A stretch of 28,917 bases of DNA from a virus. Taxonomy: Duplodnaviria > Caudoviricetes. This document shows, one piece after another, positions 25,151 through 28,917 of the stretch (within the stretch, counting starts at the first letter, position 1; each line of letters opens with the position of its first letter). The stretch is from positions 1-28,917 of IMG/VR virus record IMGVR_UViG_3300017766_002961. One strand, written 5' to 3'. The translations under genes and the position numbers were made by a program. Below the pieces are notes generated by a model. It searched no databases. It saw only the letters and a list, made by a program, of their open reading frames with translations, and had not been told where the DNA came from.

Positions 25151-25429
25151 ATGAAGAAATCAGAAATTTTAAATGCCTATGTTACGGCTATCGAGACTGG
25201 CCAATGGGACTTTCCAAAAGGTCATGTGTTCCAAAATGTGAGCGAAATCTACAGCCTAGTCGCGGAGGGGAAGACCATCTACGAATTCGCTGAAGCAGGG
25301 GCTATCAAGTTCGGGACAATTACAGGAACTATCCTTGGGTTCTCCATGCAGAGCAACGGAGTGGGAGGATACGTTAGCCAATCGACTCGTAAGGCTTTAC
25401 GCAAGGCCATCAATTATGTAATCAATTAA
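25151..25429 (+). CDS. Hypothetical early-region protein
   Basis: 92 aa, AAACACC-ATG leader, immediately 3' of the hammerhead. Confidence 0.75.
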   Translation: MKKSEILNAYVTAIETGQWDFPKGHVFQNVSEIYSLVAEGKTIYEFAEAGAIKFGTITGTILGFSMQSNGVGGYVSQSTRKALRKAINYVIN

Positions 25430-25441
25430 AAACAAAAACTA

Positions 25442-25606
25442 ATGAAGACTAAAAGATATATATTAACGCTTCTTAATGATACAGGAGACGTAATTGACGC
25501 TAGGATATTCTACGCTTTGAGTCGAGATGAGGCGTTAAAACAAGCAAAACTCTTTCTCAACTTTCAAGGTCTTAAACAAAAATTCAAACTTAATCTTCTT
25601 AAATAA
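25442..25606 (+). CDS. Small hypothetical protein (54 aa)
   Basis: Manual ORF MKTKRYILTLLNDTGD...KLNLLK filling the gap. Confidence 0.6.
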   Translation: MKTKRYILTLLNDTGDVIDARIFYALSRDEALKQAKLFLNFQGLKQKFKLNLLK

Positions 25607-25614
25607 TAAACGCT

Positions 25615-25833
25615 ATGAACCTGTACGAATTAAAAGTATATGCCAAGGAAAAAATGTTGGCTTACCCTCAATTGAGAGAGGAAATTTGGTCTTACGTTGA
25701 ACTAGCCTATTCGGAAGTCGAGGAGGGGAACAACGAGAGTCGTGAATGCGATATGGCTGTTAATGACATTGACTTTATAATCAATGAAATGATAATTGAA
25801 CATCATATCGAAAAAGAGACTGGCAATAATTAA
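25615..25833 (+). CDS. Hypothetical acidic protein
   Basis: 72 aa in tandem array. Confidence 0.7.
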   Translation: MNLYELKVYAKEKMLAYPQLREEIWSYVELAYSEVEEGNNESRECDMAVNDIDFIINEMIIEHHIEKETGNN

Positions 25834-25854
25834 TAACCCTTAAAAACAAAAGCT

Positions 25855-26361
25855 ATGAAATACACAACACAAGAAGGCTTTACTTGGGAGATTGTAACCA
25901 AGGAGAAAGCAATTGAACTTATTAAATTAGGTGCAGAGGTCTACAAGGTATACGATGACGAGAGCGAGGACTTGATTGACATGGAGGACGAACTATGGGA
26001 CGTTGACGGACTCATGTTCTACGCCATCGATGGAAACACCGCAAGGATTTTTTCAAACCAATCTCCCATCAAATGGGCTAGAGTAGATACGGCCACAGGA
26101 AAAGGAATGAACGAGGGCTTCTGCGTTAACGATGGAGACGCTTACTTCGTAGACAAAGCAGACCTAGTTAAGTACCTTAGAGAAGAGATGAACGTAGACG
26201 AGAACAACGAACTATCGGACGAGTTCATCTTGGAAGAGGCTTACCAAGAAGAGGAGGAGGGCTACTACTACTACACCGAGTGGGACGTAGAAGACGAAGA
26301 GTATTGGTACGAGGAGCAAGAGGATGGAACGCTCAAAGAAGTTTGGGCTGACGAATTATAA
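25855..26361 (+). CDS. Highly acidic hypothetical protein
   Basis: 168 aa, D/E- and aromatic-rich; GKGMNEGF...YYTEW segment. Confidence 0.75.
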   Translation: MKYTTQEGFTWEIVTKEKAIELIKLGAEVYKVYDDESEDLIDMEDELWDVDGLMFYAIDGNTARIFSNQSPIKWARVDTATGKGMNEGFCVNDGDAYFVDKADLVKYLREEMNVDENNELSDEFILEEAYQEEEEGYYYYTEWDVEDEEYWYEEQEDGTLKEVWADEL

Positions 26362-26390
26362 ATTAACATAACCATAAATAACTAAACACC

Positions 26391-26696
26391 ATGAACATCA
26401 ACGAAAGTAAATTTATCTGCACGGAATATGACTCGTACGGAAGTTATGAATCATACAGACGCTTGAGCGGTAAAATAACAAAGCAACGCAGAAAAGCGAT
26501 TGAGAAAATTGTTCGCACATTTAACCACAAATGGGATGCTCCATACGGAGTCTCACCAAACGGATACGCCTACCGATGTGGTCACATACATGATTGTTGC
26601 GGATGCCTTGTTTCCAAGGGGATGTCAGTCGAGTTCAAGAAACTGGGCAAATCACATGTAGCAGTTTTGACAATTTACGAATCTTTTAACCTCTAA
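26391..26696 (+). CDS. Hypothetical protein with CxHxHDCCGC motif
   Basis: 101 aa; CGHIHDCCGC suggests metal binding. Confidence 0.75.
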   Translation: MNINESKFICTEYDSYGSYESYRRLSGKITKQRRKAIEKIVRTFNHKWDAPYGVSPNGYAYRCGHIHDCCGCLVSKGMSVEFKKLGKSHVAVLTIYESFNL

Positions 26697-26707
26697 AACT
26701 AAACACC

Positions 26708-27004
26708 ATGAACACAGAAGAAAAAAAGCTAATTGATTATTTGACGAGCAGAATTGCTCATAAACTTGGAGAACTTCGCTCAGACCGAAAAATGCTCTCA
26801 ATCGATCTTGAAATCGACTATCAAGGCTCAGTGATTAACGTGGAGGGCTATGCTGACTTCTTTGTCAAGGACGAGGAGGAAATGTATGACTTCACCTGTA
26901 CCCGATTTACTATCACCTCCTTTGGAGGGGAGGAATTCATTGATGAGTACATGGATGAATCTGTAACCGAAATGCCAACTAAACTTTTAACCCAAATTAT
27001 TTAA
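26708..27004 (+). CDS. Hypothetical protein
   Basis: 98 aa with AAACACC-ATG leader. Confidence 0.7.
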   Translation: MNTEEKKLIDYLTSRIAHKLGELRSDRKMLSIDLEIDYQGSVINVEGYADFFVKDEEEMYDFTCTRFTITSFGGEEFIDEYMDESVTEMPTKLLTQII

Positions 27005-27008
27005 CACC

Positions 27009-27215
27009 ATGAACATAGACAAACTTATCGCCTATGAGTCGGGAGACTTAAGCGATTCCGAAACAATCAACTTTTTTGCAGACCTTATCAAGACCAAGAT
27101 GGCTTGGAGTTTACAGGGACATTACGGACGTGTAGCATCAGCCATGATAGATGCAGGGTTCATTTCTTCTGAGGGAGAGGTGACCGAGTTAGCTAACGAA
27201 ACATTTAACCACTAA
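27009..27215 (+). CDS. Conserved small phage protein
   Basis: YE.G.L.......F..LI....AW.LQG.YGR.A..MI.AG pattern, recurrent in phage early regions. Confidence 0.75.
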   Translation: MNIDKLIAYESGDLSDSETINFFADLIKTKMAWSLQGHYGRVASAMIDAGFISSEGEVTELANETFNH

Positions 27216-27227
27216 AACTTAAATACC

Positions 27228-27455
27228 ATGAACATCACAATTGAAAAACGCCCAATGCAACAGCACATCGGAGGCTCTTGCGACTATGTATTCCAATCAC
27301 GTCAGAAGGCTTTGTCCAGATTCTTTGAACTGGCGGATGAATTGGACTATGAGGTATCCGTTAGCTATCACAAGAACCTTATCACCTACGAAGGTGGAGG
27401 GAGGGGCTGTGACTATCGAATTGAATTAACCCTAACATCCATAGACCATGAATGA
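27228..27455 (+). CDS. Hypothetical protein
   Basis: 75 aa in tandem array. Confidence 0.7.
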   Translation: MNITIEKRPMQQHIGGSCDYVFQSRQKALSRFFELADELDYEVSVSYHKNLITYEGGGRGCDYRIELTLTSIDHE

Positions 27456-27630
27456 GACAGCGTTGTTTTTAAATGATGTTCTTGGGAGCGGTGTAACCTT
27501 TGAGGTATACCACAACCGAAAACTAATTTACAGGAAACACTACGACCACAAGCGTTCTTTAGCAGACCTCGTGAAGTCTTTCGAGGAGTGGAAAGAAGAC
27601 CAAGAAAACTTTAAAAAGATAATGCCATGA
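27448..27630 (+). CDS. Hypothetical protein
   Basis: 60 aa overlapping neighbours. Confidence 0.65.
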   Translation: MNETALFLNDVLGSGVTFEVYHNRKLIYRKHYDHKRSLADLVKSFEEWKEDQENFKKIMP

Positions 27631-27776
27631 AAATAGACGTGAAAATACCACCAAGCATGGACGTTAAACACGCAATGGAAAGCATCTCGGATGCGTTGTA
27701 CTTCAGTGGAAATGTAACGCAGGAGGAGTATGACTTTGTTTACAACATTCTTCAACAAATACAATTAAAAAAGTAA
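27627..27776 (+). CDS. Small hypothetical protein (49 aa)
   Basis: Manual ORF MKIDVKIPPSMD...QIQLKK with ATGA overlap. Confidence 0.6.
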   Translation: MKIDVKIPPSMDVKHAMESISDALYFSGNVTQEEYDFVYNILQQIQLKK

Positions 27777-27780
27777 TGCC

Positions 27781-27954
27781 ATGAAAGTAAAAATCAACGG
27801 ACAGGTGTATGACGTTATCTCATACCAATCAGAAAATTTAGGGACTCGTGCAAACCCCGAAATGTATCTCAAGGAAGTTACAGCCGATGTCAACGGAGTT
27901 GCTACCACATTCTCAGTAGATAATAATGAAATAGAGTTGGGAGGTGTGCTATGA
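27781..27954 (+). CDS. Small hypothetical protein (57 aa)
   Basis: Manual ORF MKVKINGQVYDV...ELGGVL; stop overlaps the next ATG. Confidence 0.65.
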   Translation: MKVKINGQVYDVISYQSENLGTRANPEMYLKEVTADVNGVATTFSVDNNEIELGGVL

Positions 27955-28244
27955 ACATGGAGCAATTCGATAGATGGATGTACACCGAATACATCAAGGC
28001 CATAGCTGAGATACAGGAGGTATGCCCGTACACGAGGAAAGACATTGACTTTAAAACTTGCGTAGTTGTCGATGGTTACATAGGGGAGGAGGTTTGCTCA
28101 ACTATAGCCTTTCATCCCGATGCTATGAATAAGGAGTCGTTCCTGTATAACTTGAGAAACGATTTTGCCAGGATGCAGATGAGACCCATATTCATGTCTC
28201 TGAATAAAAAAGTAATCAACACAATCAACGCAATTAAAAACTAA
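27951..28244 (+). CDS. Hypothetical protein
   Basis: 97 aa in tandem array. Confidence 0.7.
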   Translation: MNMEQFDRWMYTEYIKAIAEIQEVCPYTRKDIDFKTCVVVDGYIGEEVCSTIAFHPDAMNKESFLYNLRNDFARMQMRPIFMSLNKKVINTINAIKN

Positions 28245-28249
28245 ACGTC

Positions 28250-28417
28250 ATGAACACCTATGAAAAAATTTCCTTGGCCATCGGAGTCATTGTATTTCTG
28301 ATTTGTTTCTTCGCCATACTTTTAAACAATGAGAGGTGGGCTATAGTTGGAACACTTTCTTTGATATCTTTGTGGCTCATAAATAAAATTCAAAACTTAA
28401 TTAACAAATTTCTATGA
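28250..28417 (+). CDS. Small two-helix membrane protein (55 aa)
   Basis: Manual ORF MNTYEKISLAIGVIVFLICFFAILLNNERWAIVGTLSLISLWLINKIQNLINKFL; ATGA overlap with the next gene. Confidence 0.65.
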   Translation: MNTYEKISLAIGVIVFLICFFAILLNNERWAIVGTLSLISLWLINKIQNLINKFL

Positions 28418-28830
28418 AAACAAAAATCGAAAAACTAATTGCACTTGCTGTTAAGTGTAGAGACCTTGCATCTGAATTTTCAGTGTATGGTGAGTACATC
28501 AAGTGCGTCAAAGGAATTGCTGTTTACATTGGAGACAGCAAGCTGGGTTATTCATCCGTGAACTTTACCCTCGGCAATGACTTTGACCTGCTACATGAGT
28601 TTAAGGTGACCATATCGAATGTCAGCGGTATATGTGTATCTATGCCATTCAATGAGGATGTGGAAAAGTACCTTGACGAATTAACCATGGAGGTCACGAG
28701 AAGTTATTCGTCTTGGCTAGAGACAATTGATGACACGTTAAATCAAAAGAGAGTAGAATGGGCAAAGATGAAAAGAAGCCAAATTGAGACCTTAGAAAAA
28801 GAAATCAAAAGACTGGAGGGCGAACTATGA
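28414..28830 (+). CDS. Hypothetical protein with C-terminal coiled coil
   Basis: 138 aa; IETLEKEIKRLE tail. Confidence 0.7.
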   Translation: MKTKIEKLIALAVKCRDLASEFSVYGEYIKCVKGIAVYIGDSKLGYSSVNFTLGNDFDLLHEFKVTISNVSGICVSMPFNEDVEKYLDELTMEVTRSYSSWLETIDDTLNQKRVEWAKMKRSQIETLEKEIKRLEGEL

Positions 28831-28917
28831 AACATTTCATTAAAGACATAACAGACCAAGTTGTATTGGATGTTAAACCATACGGAAGGATGATGTCATT
28901 CTCTCAAATTGCGGATG
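28827..28917 (+). CDS. Partial hypothetical protein (runs off the window)
   Basis: ATGA overlap; MKHFIKDITDQVVLDVKPYGRMMSFSQIAD is open to the end. Confidence 0.5.
   Translation, partial: MKHFIKDITDQVVLDVKPYGRMMSFSQIAD

Overview
This window is part of a tailed dsDNA phage genome, very probably infecting a Bacteroidota host. Evidence: repeated TAnnTTTG promoter boxes, A-rich translation starts without Shine-Dalgarno sites, and a DUF3127-like SSB. Layout: (1) 1-9636 (-): head module with partial major capsid, scaffold, portal, terminase large subunit, GroES-like protein, metallophosphoesterase and SSB-like protein. (2) 9793-15038 (+): replication module with an initiator carrying four palindromic iterons inside its gene, a T7 gp4-type primase-helicase and a DnaA domain IV-like protein. 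(3) 15042-18268 (-): a block of small, very lysine-rich proteins. (4) 18398-21572 (+): small accessory genes including an HNH nuclease. (5) About 21.6-23.2 kb: largely non-coding control or terminus-like region. (6) 23249-end (+): array of small early-type genes. The most striking aspect is the density of structured RNA candidates found by manual pairing: a clear type I hammerhead ribozyme (25079-25136), a ~430-nt structured leader, a ~330-nt double kissing-loop RNA ending in an aberrant tRNA-like fold, a kissing-loop attenuator before the initiator gene, a rod-like sRNA and an intergenic H-type pseudoknot. Also notable: a stand-alone peptide resembling the C-terminal CxxC tail of ribonucleotide reductase, and four GTGTA-N5-TACAC palindromes flanking DnaA-like boxes. 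All calls are from motif recognition by eye; no searches or folding programs were run.
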